From a virus: 64,000 bases of DNA. The position numbers were made by a program, and so were the translations under genes. Under the pieces are notes generated by a model that was given only the letters and a program-made list of their open reading frames with translations, searched no databases and was not told the origin of the DNA. This document shows positions 49,841-58,852 of this stretch, one piece after another. How positions within the stretch are numbered: the first letter of the stretch is position 1; the number at the start of each line of letters is the position of its first letter. The stretch is taken from IMG/VR virus record IMGVR_UViG_3300031521_000015, one strand, 5' to 3'.

Positions 49841-50647
49841 TTATTTAGTTCCCGTACTAGAATATCCACCACGATTTACATCGCCTAATTGTTCAACTAT
49901 TTCAAATTCAACATTTTCCATAACTCTATCAACTACTTCGAATTGTAATATTCTATCATCGTAGTTTATTACGCCATCTCTAGTACACCATACCATTGCA
50001 CACCATTCATCATCATTTCCTTGAAATCTATTATCTATTTGACCGACACTGTTTGTTAATAAAAATCCATAATTTTTAAACATTCCTGAACGAGGATATA
50101 CATTAGCTTTTTTGTTTGGTGGCATTTTCATGGCGAAACCTAATTTAAAGAATAAAGTATCTCCAAAACTATATTTACAAGGGAAAATTGTTTCTTCTCC
50201 ATTTTTAAATACTCTACTAACTCTAATATCAACTAAATCCCCACCATCAATCTTTTCCATAGGTGTAATATTTTTATCTATGTATCTTACTTGTAATGTC
50301 ATTTTGTTGTTTACTTGTTTCATAGTTCCTGTTATTGATTCACCTGTGTCTTCTGCCCCTAATGGTAATACGTCCATTTCAATTGTTGATTTATTCATTT
50401 TATTCTCTCCTTCTAATTTATCATTTTTGATGTTTTCATTAAATTTCTTAGACATATCCTCTAGGATATCACTTAAATTTCTATATTCACCATTATCATC
50501 AGTAAGTGATACTCCAATATTCTTGAATTGTTCTGACATAATATTATATTTTTCATTGTATGCTAATCTTCTAGCTTCTTCGTGAGAATCTGCTTCTACC
50601 TCTATGTAATTTTCTGAAAACAAACTTACATTTATTTTATATTTCAT
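49841..50647 (-). CDS. dut: Trimeric dUTPase with N-terminal extension (internal RBS and ATG at 50398)
   Basis: VYPRSG, NSVGQID..FQG, RILQF, RGGYSSTG. Confidence 0.85.
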   Translation of the reverse strand: MKYKINVSLFSENYIEVEADSHEEARRLAYNEKYNIMSEQFKNIGVSLTDDNGEYRNLSDILEDMSKKFNENIKNDKLEGENKMNKSTIEMDVLPLGAEDTGESITGTMKQVNNKMTLQVRYIDKNITPMEKIDGGDLVDIRVSRVFKNGEETIFPCKYSFGDTLFFKLGFAMKMPPNKKANVYPRSGMFKNYGFLLTNSVGQIDNRFQGNDDEWCAMVWCTRDGVINYDDRILQFEVVDRVMENVEFEIVEQLGDVNRGGYSSTGTK

Positions 50648-50719
50648 TCTTCTTCTCTCCTTATATATTGAATTAATTTATTGAATTGTAATAAAGTATC
50701 TGATTTATTCAGACTTTTA

Positions 50720-51286
50720 TTAATTTGCCCATTCAAAAAATATACCATATAATTTATTAGTCTTACTTCTTGTTGTTGGATTACTTGATTTTCCGTATAA
50801 TTTATTCTTTATAGCAGATGAAGAAGTATTAAAGTATTCTCCACATTCAACTAATGAATCAAATATCATTACTGTTTTATCTAACAATGTAGCTTTTACG
50901 CCTTTCTTTTTATAATCATTATCTGGAGGATTATTATTCACATGACATCTGTGCCATTGATTATAAGCACCATCACACCATTCAAGGTTGGTATAAATAT
51001 TATTAGCTCTTATTCCATCTATGTGATTAACTTGTGGTAAATTTAAAGGATTAGTAATAAAATATTCAGCAACGAGTCTATTTATTCTATAATATGTGCA
51101 ATCACCTCTATTTCCATTAGATAATCCAATTCTTAAATATCCATCTTTATCTTTGGATGGTTTTAATATTCTTTCTTTCATATATCTATTTTGCATATTT
51201 ATTCTTGCTAAACTTTTAAGGTTTCCAAAATTTGATATTTGATATTTACCTTCAAATCCAACTATATCTTTAAATTCTTCTTCCAT
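50720..51286 (-). CDS. NUMOD4-HNH homing endonuclease, free-standing
   Basis: FKDIVGFEGKYQISNFG; RLVAEYF...QVNHIDG.RANN...NLEW. Confidence 0.9.
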   Translation of the reverse strand: MEEEFKDIVGFEGKYQISNFGNLKSLARINMQNRYMKERILKPSKDKDGYLRIGLSNGNRGDCTYYRINRLVAEYFITNPLNLPQVNHIDGIRANNIYTNLEWCDGAYNQWHRCHVNNNPPDNDYKKKGVKATLLDKTVMIFDSLVECGEYFNTSSSAIKNKLYGKSSNPTTRSKTNKLYGIFFEWAN

Positions 51287-51748
51287 TTAATAATTTAACC
51301 CCTTTTTATAAATATGTTGATTTTCTGTTGCCAAGTGAATACCGTATTGTAAATTAATAGTACAACTTAATTCTTCAATATACCTTCCAGTTTTAATATA
51401 ATCACATAATTTTAGTTCAAATTTAGGGCAGTCTTTTAAATCATATCTAGTAAATAACCATATTTCCTTATTGAGTGTTTTTAAATCTCTTAGCATTTGT
51501 TCTAACTCTACATGATTTTGGTCGTTAGGTTCTCCTCCAAATATCTGTATTGAAGTTATCATATTATCAAAATCTTGAACTTTAGTTTTTATTTTCTCAA
51601 AATACACCTCATCATATAAATCACCTATATCAAAGTTCCATGATTCAGGATTGTGGCAATTGGTGCAATGGGGATTGCCCTTACACCCTGCCACATATAT
51701 TTCTAAGGCTTTTCTACTTAAAGTATATTGAGTAGCTAATATGTTTAT
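51287..51748 (-). CDS. nrdG: Anaerobic RNR activase (radical SAM), non-canonical ATA/ATT start
   Basis: Frame extends to I-N-I-L-A-T-Q-Y...EIYVAGC...C..CHNPESW, FGGEP, YIKTGRY. Confidence 0.85.
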   Translation of the reverse strand: MNILATQYTLSRKALEIYVAGCKGNPHCTNCHNPESWNFDIGDLYDEVYFEKIKTKVQDFDNMITSIQIFGGEPNDQNHVELEQMLRDLKTLNKEIWLFTRYDLKDCPKFELKLCDYIKTGRYIEELSCTINLQYGIHLATENQHIYKKGLNY

Positions 51749-51750
51749 AA

Positions 51751-53676
51751 TTACTTACTAGCCTTTCCTATGGATTCAGTATTGTACATTTGTCTATTCG
51801 GAGCATCTTCTTCTCTTCTAACTTTGTGCCAGTTTTTAATATTTGTAAGAAAACCGACCACTCTGGTATAGAAGTCTACTATTTCCGCACCACATATAGG
51901 GCAAATATTATCTGAACCTACTGTCATATGACCATTTTCACATTTTCTTAATAAATAATTTATTGCAAAATATATTACACCTTGTTTTGCACATGTTTCA
52001 ATTAACAATTTCATATCTTCTACGTTATTTAATCTTTCATCACAAGAAATATGCATTATAGATCCACCAGAGAAATGTTTATCAAATGTTCCTTGTAGTC
52101 TAATTCTATCTAATAAATCTGCATTTACTATTAATGGTATGAATTGATTTGAATATAAATTGTATTCTGTTTGATATTTTAATAATTGGTCTTTTGATGC
52201 TAGTTTAATTGATACATTTTCTGCTGGAATTTGTTCACAATTATGAGGAGTTTTAAATCTCTTTTGCATTTTATCATTAACAGTATTTATTATGTTTATG
52301 ATTTCTAATCCTAATTGCATTCCATTTTCTGTTTTTATATCTTCTCCTAAATATGATATTGCCTCATTGAATCCATTAATTCCACAAGTTGAATATTGAG
52401 TGTTAATATCTACAAAGCCTAAATCATATAGTGGATGATTACCATTGTCTATTCTTTTTTGAACTATCTTTCTTTTTGTATTATTAATTTTTGCACACAT
52501 CTCAACTAATAAAGCTAATTCTTCCATAAATTTTGCTTGATCATTTTGATATTTTATTGATAATCTAGGTAAATTAATTGTACAAACTCCTAAACTACCA
52601 ATTTTACTTGAACCACTTCCAAAGCTATTAAAATATTCATTAGTAGTTTCACTGCGTAATCTGCAACAAGAAGATAATGTGCTAGTCTTACCCATATACA
52701 TATTTATAAAAGCAAATTTCATATTCTTTTTTGCTATGTAATTAACAAACCCTATATCTTGTAGTTCCTGATTGTCATTTATGCTGAAACATGCTGTTGT
52801 AACAGGAAACGTAATTGGAGTTCTTTCTTGTTCTCTATTCATAATGTCTAGATATAGGTTTTGCATCTTCTTAACTACTTCTCTATCAGGATGGCTACCA
52901 TCTGGGAATATGTAGTCATTAATCATTTTATCTAAGAATCTACCATCATAAATTGATACATTAGTAAATGGAGATTGATTCCCTCTCATTGGTTGATTAA
53001 TTGTGTAGATAAATGATGTTAATTGTGAATCAACATAATTCCAACAATCTTCTTCAGTTACAAAAGAAAAATGTTCATCTCTTTTATTTACTAATATATT
53101 TTTAACATAGTAACTCATTACTACTAATAAATCAGCTAATCCACAAGCACCTAGAGTTGAATTACTTGCAACTACTACAAATTGTTCTAATTGAGATTTA
53201 AAAGCTGTTAGATATTTAGGTGGTACACTATGTATTTTCTTTACCATACTAAGTCCATTCATCATAATGTCGTATGTAGAATAGTTATAACAATATGGTA
53301 ATCCTCCTCCTACTCCTATAAAGTCGTTTATATAAATATCTCCCGTTAAATTTCTTTCTACAATATTATTTGCAAATCCTAATCCATATAAAGATTTGGA
53401 TTCTTTCCACATCATATAATAACTGTTTATTTTTTCAAAAGGTTTTTTCAATTCAGTTGAATAACTAATTACTGAAACGTCATCTACATTACTATTTTGA
53501 TCTACTGATATATCAGTAGTAGTTTTTACTTTTTTACTAAAGAAACTTTTTGAGAATTTGGCTAAGTCTAATTGTACGCCTATTCCGTCCATATCGAATA
53601 ATTCACTTGGATATTTACCCCTTAAATACATCATTAAATCGTCAAATTCTTGTTCATAGCTTATTTTTAAGTACAT
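51751..53676 (-). CDS. nrdD: Class III anaerobic ribonucleotide reductase
   Basis: PYC, QSPFTN, TFPV, SSCCRL, TINLPR, PAE, Zn site C..GH...CPICG, glycyl radical motif RVVGF. Confidence 0.95.
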   Translation of the reverse strand: MYLKISYEQEFDDLMMYLRGKYPSELFDMDGIGVQLDLAKFSKSFFSKKVKTTTDISVDQNSNVDDVSVISYSTELKKPFEKINSYYMMWKESKSLYGLGFANNIVERNLTGDIYINDFIGVGGGLPYCYNYSTYDIMMNGLSMVKKIHSVPPKYLTAFKSQLEQFVVVASNSTLGACGLADLLVVMSYYVKNILVNKRDEHFSFVTEEDCWNYVDSQLTSFIYTINQPMRGNQSPFTNVSIYDGRFLDKMINDYIFPDGSHPDREVVKKMQNLYLDIMNREQERTPITFPVTTACFSINDNQELQDIGFVNYIAKKNMKFAFINMYMGKTSTLSSCCRLRSETTNEYFNSFGSGSSKIGSLGVCTINLPRLSIKYQNDQAKFMEELALLVEMCAKINNTKRKIVQKRIDNGNHPLYDLGFVDINTQYSTCGINGFNEAISYLGEDIKTENGMQLGLEIINIINTVNDKMQKRFKTPHNCEQIPAENVSIKLASKDQLLKYQTEYNLYSNQFIPLIVNADLLDRIRLQGTFDKHFSGGSIMHISCDERLNNVEDMKLLIETCAKQGVIYFAINYLLRKCENGHMTVGSDNICPICGAEIVDFYTRVVGFLTNIKNWHKVRREEDAPNRQMYNTESIGKASK

Positions 53677-53692
53677 AATATTATCTCTCCTT

Positions 53693-53914
53693 CTAATTGT
53701 TTATTATTTCTTGTAATGTTTTTAATTTATTATCAACCACTATTAATGGTAATGATAGCATGTTACTTTCTTGTGCTAAGTTTATATAAAAATCCTGTTC
53801 TTCTTGTGGTAAATCATTTAATAATTTATATTCAAACTCAATACCTTTATTTTTTAAAACTGTTTTAGTCATATTACAGGCTGAACAATTTTTCTTTCCA
53901 ATTAATAAAATCAT
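53693..53914 (-). CDS. nrdH: Glutaredoxin/NrdH-like redoxin
   Basis: CSAC..TK..L...GIEFEY, SLPLI. Confidence 0.8.
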   Translation of the reverse strand: MILLIGKKNCSACNMTKTVLKNKGIEFEYKLLNDLPQEEQDFYINLAQESNMLSLPLIVVDNKLKTLQEIINN

Positions 53915-54094
53915 TTAAATTTCCTCCTTAATATAAAGTTCACATATACAAATGTCTTTTTCTCTTTTATCTTTGCATGGACATTTAGTATCTTCATTTT
54001 CAATAATCATGCATGGACAATATTTGTTATTTGCTAAAACTTTCATTGCTACTTCTTTTCTCTTTTTAATGTCTGGATTTAATATCATTGACAT
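53915..54094 (-). CDS. 59-aa ferredoxin:thioredoxin reductase catalytic-chain-like protein (not in ORF track)
   Basis: MSMILNPD...YCPC...KCPC...CICELY: CPC/CPC/CxC signature; stop abuts the nrdH ATG. Confidence 0.75.
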   Translation of the reverse strand: MSMILNPDIKKRKEVAMKVLANNKYCPCMIIENEDTKCPCKDKREKDICICELYIKEEI

Positions 54095-54118
54095 CTTTCA
54101 AATCACTCTCTTCCTATA

Positions 54119-54307
54119 TTATTTGTTTATTTTTATTGTTGTATTATCTACAATATTATCTATGCCGTTAGAGATCACTGACGCTATTACTCCAACCACA
54201 AAGTACATAAAAACATCTGCTTTAAAATAATCTAAAATAGCTAATGCTATTAAAAATGTGATAACTGAACCTATAAATTTTATTATTGCTTTCAACATTT
54301 CAATCAC
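54119..54307 (-). CDS. Small membrane protein
   Basis: Two transmembrane helices, RBS AGGAGT. Confidence 0.55.
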   Translation of the reverse strand: MIEMLKAIIKFIGSVITFLIALAILDYFKADVFMYFVVGVIASVISNGIDNIVDNTTIKINK

Positions 54308-54371
54308 TCCTTAATATGTTTATTTCTTTTATTTTATTATATAAGCTATTTTTAGTTCACCTCATTATGAT

Positions 54372-54719
54372 TTAGTCTTCTTCTTCAAATTCTTCAAAGT
54401 CATTTTGGTTCTCTAGAGTAATATTTTTAAATATCTTTTTATTTAATTCTTTTTCATCAATTAAATTGTCCAATTCAGATAATCCTTCAACTAAATTTAA
54501 TTTATAGTCAAGTTCCTTTTTAGCACCTTCACAATCGCATCTAGTTGGTGTTACCCATTGAGATTGATCTTTTATTTTAAATATTCTCCAATCACTAGAT
54601 TCTACGTCTTTATCACAGTAAATACATTGATTGAATCCATATGGATTTGTATATGTTCTAGATGATAATAAGTCTTGTAAATTAATATCGCCAGTTTCTA
54701 ATTTGTAATATTTTTTCAT
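54372..54719 (-). CDS. Zn-binding hypothetical protein
   Basis: CIYC...CDC. Confidence 0.55.
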   Translation of the reverse strand: MKKYYKLETGDINLQDLLSSRTYTNPYGFNQCIYCDKDVESSDWRIFKIKDQSQWVTPTRCDCEGAKKELDYKLNLVEGLSELDNLIDEKELNKKIFKNITLENQNDFEEFEEED

Positions 54720-54851
54720 GATTTATTCAATCCTTTCTAGCTTTAATTTATTAACAGTTGTTAAAATCAGCATTTTATGTTAATATCCAACCTCTGTAAG
54801 CTAGTTATAGCCCCATTGTTGAAAATGAGATTTTTTGTAATTCTAACAAAT

Positions 54852-55127
54852 CTAGTATAATTTATTCATTAATATCAATATAGACTCTCTATATTTAAGA
54901 CCACCTAACAAACTGCAAATATAACTTTTGATATTTTCTCTTTGCTTGACATCTAATACCAATTCTTTTAATGTCTTTGATAACTCGATTAAAATATCAT
55001 TAATATCTCGTAATACTCCATTGACACAAATACTTATTCCCCATGTTTTTAGTTCATTATTTAAGTCTTTACAATTAGATAAATTGTTGTATGTAACATT
55101 TAATAAGTTTTCATTTTTAATATTCAT
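54852..55127 (-). CDS. Small protein resembling a tape-measure-protein core segment
   Basis: LKTWGISI..NGVLRDINDILIELSK...LLGG. Confidence 0.45.
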   Translation of the reverse strand: MNIKNENLLNVTYNNLSNCKDLNNELKTWGISICVNGVLRDINDILIELSKTLKELVLDVKQRENIKSYICSLLGGLKYRESILILMNKLY

Positions 55128-55402
55128 TATTTATCACTCTCAACTTTCTTAAATTTAATATTTTCTAATTCAACATCATCATACTTACTTCCTAGTTTTA
55201 AACAATGCATATATAACATTCTATCTGCTTGAATATAGACATCTCTAATCTTTTCCTTATTTATTAATAATTCTTTATTTGGTGTTATTGTAGAACTATT
55301 TGCTAAAGAATTTATTAGCTTATATAAACATTCAGATGATTCTTTCAAATCTTCATATCTTTCTAGTGTAATATTTACTGTTTCATTATCTTTATAACTC
55401 AC
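55127..55402 (-). CDS. Hypothetical protein
   Basis: TVNITLERYEDL start; translationally coupled. Confidence 0.6.
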   Translation of the reverse strand: MSYKDNETVNITLERYEDLKESSECLYKLINSLANSSTITPNKELLINKEKIRDVYIQADRMLYMHCLKLGSKYDDVELENIKFKKVESDK

Positions 55403-55428
55403 ATTTATTCTCCTTTTATCTCTATTCT

Positions 55429-55650
55429 TTATTTATTAGCTATTATCCATTGCATAAACTCAAACGCACCTTGCAATAACTTTCCGTCTTCTTGACTCTC
55501 AGAATATTCTAAGAAATATTGTCTAAGCTTTTCATTGTCAGCCTCACGAATTTGAGTTTCAAAATCCTTTTGATATTGTTTAAATTTGTTACTTTCTACT
55601 AATATCTTTTCTTTGTCTAAAAACTTTTGCATTTGACTTCCCATATTCAT
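55429..55650 (-). CDS. Hypothetical protein
   Basis: RBS AGGAGT. Confidence 0.55.
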   Translation of the reverse strand: MNMGSQMQKFLDKEKILVESNKFKQYQKDFETQIREADNEKLRQYFLEYSESQEDGKLLQGAFEFMQWIIANK

Positions 55651-55843
55651 TCACTCCTAAATTTCATTATTATATTCTCCCATCTTTTCTTTATTTTCTT
55701 GCGTTTGTCTCTTGTTGATTTTATATAATAATTTATATACTTCTTCCATATCTTCATCATTCATCTTCAATAGCAAATTAGAAAATTGAATATTTAGACA
55801 TAATTTTTTATTAATTATTATCACTCCTTCATCAGTTAAATGA

Positions 55844-56041
55844 CTATAATAGTATCCATCTCTTTGAATCTAGCATTTTTAAAGACAAACTTGTAACCAT
55901 TGGTTTAGTCAAATAAGTTAAATATAAGTCTCCATCTCTAATAAAGTATTCTTTATTGTTAAATCTGCATCTACCGCCATTATCCATATATTTTCTAGCA
56001 GTTTGGAAATCAACATATTCTATTTCTTGCATTTGTTCCAC
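55844..56041 (-). CDS. Hypothetical protein
   Basis: YVDFQTA motif and RBS; true start may be slightly downstream. Confidence 0.5.
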   Translation of the reverse strand: MEQMQEIEYVDFQTARKYMDNGGRCRFNNKEYFIRDGDLYLTYLTKPMVTSLSLKMLDSKRWILL

Positions 56042-56061
56042 CTTCTTTATTTAATTTAAAA

Positions 56062-56205
56062 TTAAAGCTCACTCAAATTATACATCGGTACTAAAACTTG
56101 CTTATTATTTATGTATACGTACATTGCTTGGTATCCTTCTCTAGCAACTCTAACTACTTGTCCTGATGGATTGTACCTTACATACAATGTTTGTCCATTT
56201 ATCAT
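56062..56205 (-). CDS. 47-aa hypothetical protein (not in ORF track)
   Basis: RBS GGAAGGTG; MINGQTLYVKYNPSGQVVRV... Confidence 0.5.
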   Translation of the reverse strand: MINGQTLYVRYNPSGQVVRVAREGYQAMYVYINNKQVLVPMYNLSEL

Positions 56206-56222
56206 ATATTTCACCTTCCTTT

Positions 56223-56813
56223 CTATTTAACAATATATCCAACTTTTCTATCAACTCCGTAAGATTGAATTCTCTTTTTATATTGACTATCTGATTCTGA
56301 TTCACGCCTAGGAGTATAAACATCCAATCTAATACTTCCATCATTATTAACTTTTATATATTTGCTACTTCCCCTATCTTCAACTACATACTCGTTACCA
56401 TCAATAATTATTTTAGTTCCAAAAGGTATATGAGGTGGACTCGCTACCATTCCACGAGAAATTCGTTTGTTACTAGCTGTAATTCCATCTGTTTTACCAC
56501 ATTCACTTTCCAATACTCCATAGTAAGTTAATACAAACTCTTGCCATTGAAGTTCATTTATTTTCTCTTTCTCTAATTGTTCTTGTTTAAGTTTCTCAGT
56601 TTTAATCTTATCGCTTTCTAATTTATCTTTTTCATATTGTATTTGTATGGGATTTTTAACTAATCCTAAATTGTCTATCTGTACCATTTCGTTAACTTTA
56701 AATTCTTCTTTAATATTATTTGCCACGAATGGTATCTTTGCATTTGTTGGCATTATAAATAGTAAACTACTTGATAATAATACCACTGACAAACGCATTG
56801 TCCTATTCAGCAT
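56223..56813 (-). CDS. Secreted 3D-domain (lytic transglycosylase-like) protein
   Basis: Signal peptide; LTYY...GITAS...VAS...IPFGTKI...VEDRG...RLDVY. Confidence 0.8.
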   Translation of the reverse strand: MLNRTMRLSVVLLSSSLLFIMPTNAKIPFVANNIKEEFKVNEMVQIDNLGLVKNPIQIQYEKDKLESDKIKTEKLKQEQLEKEKINELQWQEFVLTYYGVLESECGKTDGITASNKRISRGMVASPPHIPFGTKIIIDGNEYVVEDRGSSKYIKVNNDGSIRLDVYTPRRESESDSQYKKRIQSYGVDRKVGYIVK

Positions 56814-56850
56814 TTAATCAACTCACTTTCTTATGTATATCGGTATTTAA

Positions 56851-57717
56851 CTATATCTTGATTAATTTTAGTACCTTCTCAATTTCATTAGCTATTTCAA
56901 CTATATTTGCAGTTTGTTCTTGAATTCCTGCTGATATTTCTTCCATTCCAGCAGATGTATCACTCATGCTAATATTAATTTCTTCTATATTAGCAATTCT
57001 AGTTATACTACTTTGTTTTAATTTTATGCTATTTTCTTTTCCAGTTTCAGTCTTTGTAAGTATAGTAGTAACCATAACTTGAAGTTCTTTTATTATTTGG
57101 CTTATCGTAGAACTAAAACCTTTTGATTGTTCTGCTAACTTTTTAATTTCATCTGCTACAACTGAGAACCCTTTGCCATATTCCCCAGCTCTGGCAGATT
57201 CTATACTTGCATTTAATGATAAAAGATTTGTTTGGTTTGCAATTTCTTTAATAGCTTCTGTTATTTTAGAAATATCTTGCATTTTAATATTTAAATCATT
57301 CGCATTATCATAAATATTTTCAATATCGCTACTAAATTTATCCATTATTCCACCATTGTTTTTAGCACTTTCGTATGCACTATTAACTCTTTCGGCTATG
57401 TTAAATATAGTTGCGTTGATCTCTTCTACTGTAGCCGTAAACTCCTCTGATATACTTGCTGAGGAATCAATGGCATTACTAATTGATTCAGTATCTTTTA
57501 ATAGTCTTAAGGTTATTTCTTGTACTGATTTCTTATATTCTTCAAATAGCTTATTCTTGGTTTCTAACTCTGTATTTAGTTCGTTATTTTGTAATTCTAA
57601 TTTATTTATTTTGTTCTCATTTTCCTTTTTGATTATTTCTAATTTTTCATTCATTAGTTTTTCCATTGATTCTCTTGCTTCTTTTATACCTTTTTCATTT
57701 TTAAATAATTTCATCAT
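56851..57717 (-). CDS. Soluble methyl-accepting chemotaxis protein (signalling domain only)
   Basis: [40 protein letters not shown]; no transmembrane or sensor domain. Confidence 0.9.
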   Translation of the reverse strand: MMKLFKNEKGIKEARESMEKLMNEKLEIIKKENENKINKLELQNNELNTELETKNKLFEEYKKSVQEITLRLLKDTESISNAIDSSASISEEFTATVEEINATIFNIAERVNSAYESAKNNGGIMDKFSSDIENIYDNANDLNIKMQDISKITEAIKEIANQTNLLSLNASIESARAGEYGKGFSVVADEIKKLAEQSKGFSSTISQIIKELQVMVTTILTKTETGKENSIKLKQSSITRIANIEEINISMSDTSAGMEEISAGIQEQTANIVEIANEIEKVLKLIKI

Positions 57718-57821
57718 CTTATATACTCCTTCGTATTTAATAATTTATTTGTTGTTGGCTACCCTTGTCAACACTAAATTGTCAAATTTATCTGAGGAAA
57801 TATAGTTTATTTATCAAATTC

Positions 57822-58064
57822 TTATAGTATTTCATCTTTAATCTCAATCTCTTTGTCTCTGTCAAAGTTAAAATGATTGTTTATTCCTATATCACTCTGA
57901 AAATAAAACTTTTCGTTACAACCATCGGTTAAGCATCTTGCTACAAATTCTACGTATTTATTGTTTTCTATTTCAACTAATTTATAATCGCTTGTTAATT
58001 GATAGTTTGATTGTTCACATATTGGGCAGTAGATTTTGTTTTCTTGTAATAATGCTTTATTCAT
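57822..58064 (-). CDS. Zn-ribbon hypothetical protein
   Basis: CPIC...C....C. Confidence 0.55.
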   Translation of the reverse strand: MNKALLQENKIYCPICEQSNYQLTSDYKLVEIENNKYVEFVARCLTDGCNEKFYFQSDIGINNHFNFDRDKEIEIKDEIL

Positions 58065-58086
58065 TTTAATTCGCCTTCTTTATTTA

Positions 58087-58422
58087 TTATAAAATATCAC
58101 TTAACATATCTTCTATAGTTTCCATAAAGTCAATTTTGTCTATATCTTCATTTTCTAACATTTCTCCAATATCATATTCAGCATTGAGTCTTTTATAAAT
58201 TAGTTTAGAAATAGATTCATAATCATACCCTTTTACTTCTATATCCTCTATATTTTGAATTTTTCCTCTGGCTTTTCCTGTCATATAATGAATTAATCCT
58301 TTTGAATCAATAAAGCCTGTATCTCCACTCTTGACTAATATTGTATTGTTATTATCTATTGCACCTTTTATTTCAAAATCATCTGTTATTGTTACTATTT
58401 CTCCTATTTTATGTTTCATCAT
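58087..58422 (-). CDS. Hypothetical protein
   Basis: Likely start at MMKHKIGEIV after AAGGAG. Confidence 0.6.
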   Translation of the reverse strand: MMKHKIGEIVTITDDFEIKGAIDNNNTILVKSGDTGFIDSKGLIHYMTGKARGKIQNIEDIEVKGYDYESISKLIYKRLNAEYDIGEMLENEDIDKIDFMETIEDMLSDIL

Positions 58423-58460
58423 AACATCTCCTTTGATGTTTTTATTTATATTAATTTGTT

Positions 58461-58763
58461 TTAATTTTTTATGTATCCACAACTTAGGCTCTCACAACCG
58501 TATATATTTTCTATCTCATTTGTTGGTTGCCCAAAATATTCACTAGATTGAGTATTTCTTCCCAACTGCACTATATCTTCTCCACATAAGGGACATTTCT
58601 CTTTATCCAATGACCATTCTTCAAGTCTTTCTGACAAGTCATAAGCTAATTGTTTTGGATTGTCTGTAATTTGTACTATAAATTCATTTATAGTTTCTAT
58701 TGTGAGTTTTGTATTGGTATTGCAATATTCCCATATCATTTGTAGTAGTTCATCTGCTGACAT
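58461..58763 (-). CDS. Zn-ribbon hypothetical protein
   Basis: CPLCG...C...CGY; RBS GAGGTG. Confidence 0.6.
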   Translation of the reverse strand: MSADELLQMIWEYCNTNTKLTIETINEFIVQITDNPKQLAYDLSERLEEWSLDKEKCPLCGEDIVQLGRNTQSSEYFGQPTNEIENIYGCESLSCGYIKN

Positions 58764-58799
58764 TCTTTCACCACCTCATTTCCTTTACTGGTTAATATT

Positions 58800-58828
58800 A
58801 GTTTAACATCTAGATAATAGCTTGTCAA
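58800..58828 (-). promoter_or_regulatory. Sigma-A-type promoter
   Basis: TTGACA-17-TAAACT with TG extension. Confidence 0.55.
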
Positions 58829-58852
58829 TACTTTCTACATTAATTTATTATA

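Noticed and set aside
50720-53676. Intron or intein in nrdD/nrdG linked to the HNH gene
   Set aside because: Both genes are continuous, and the HNH ORF is free-standing downstream with no group I core elements seen.
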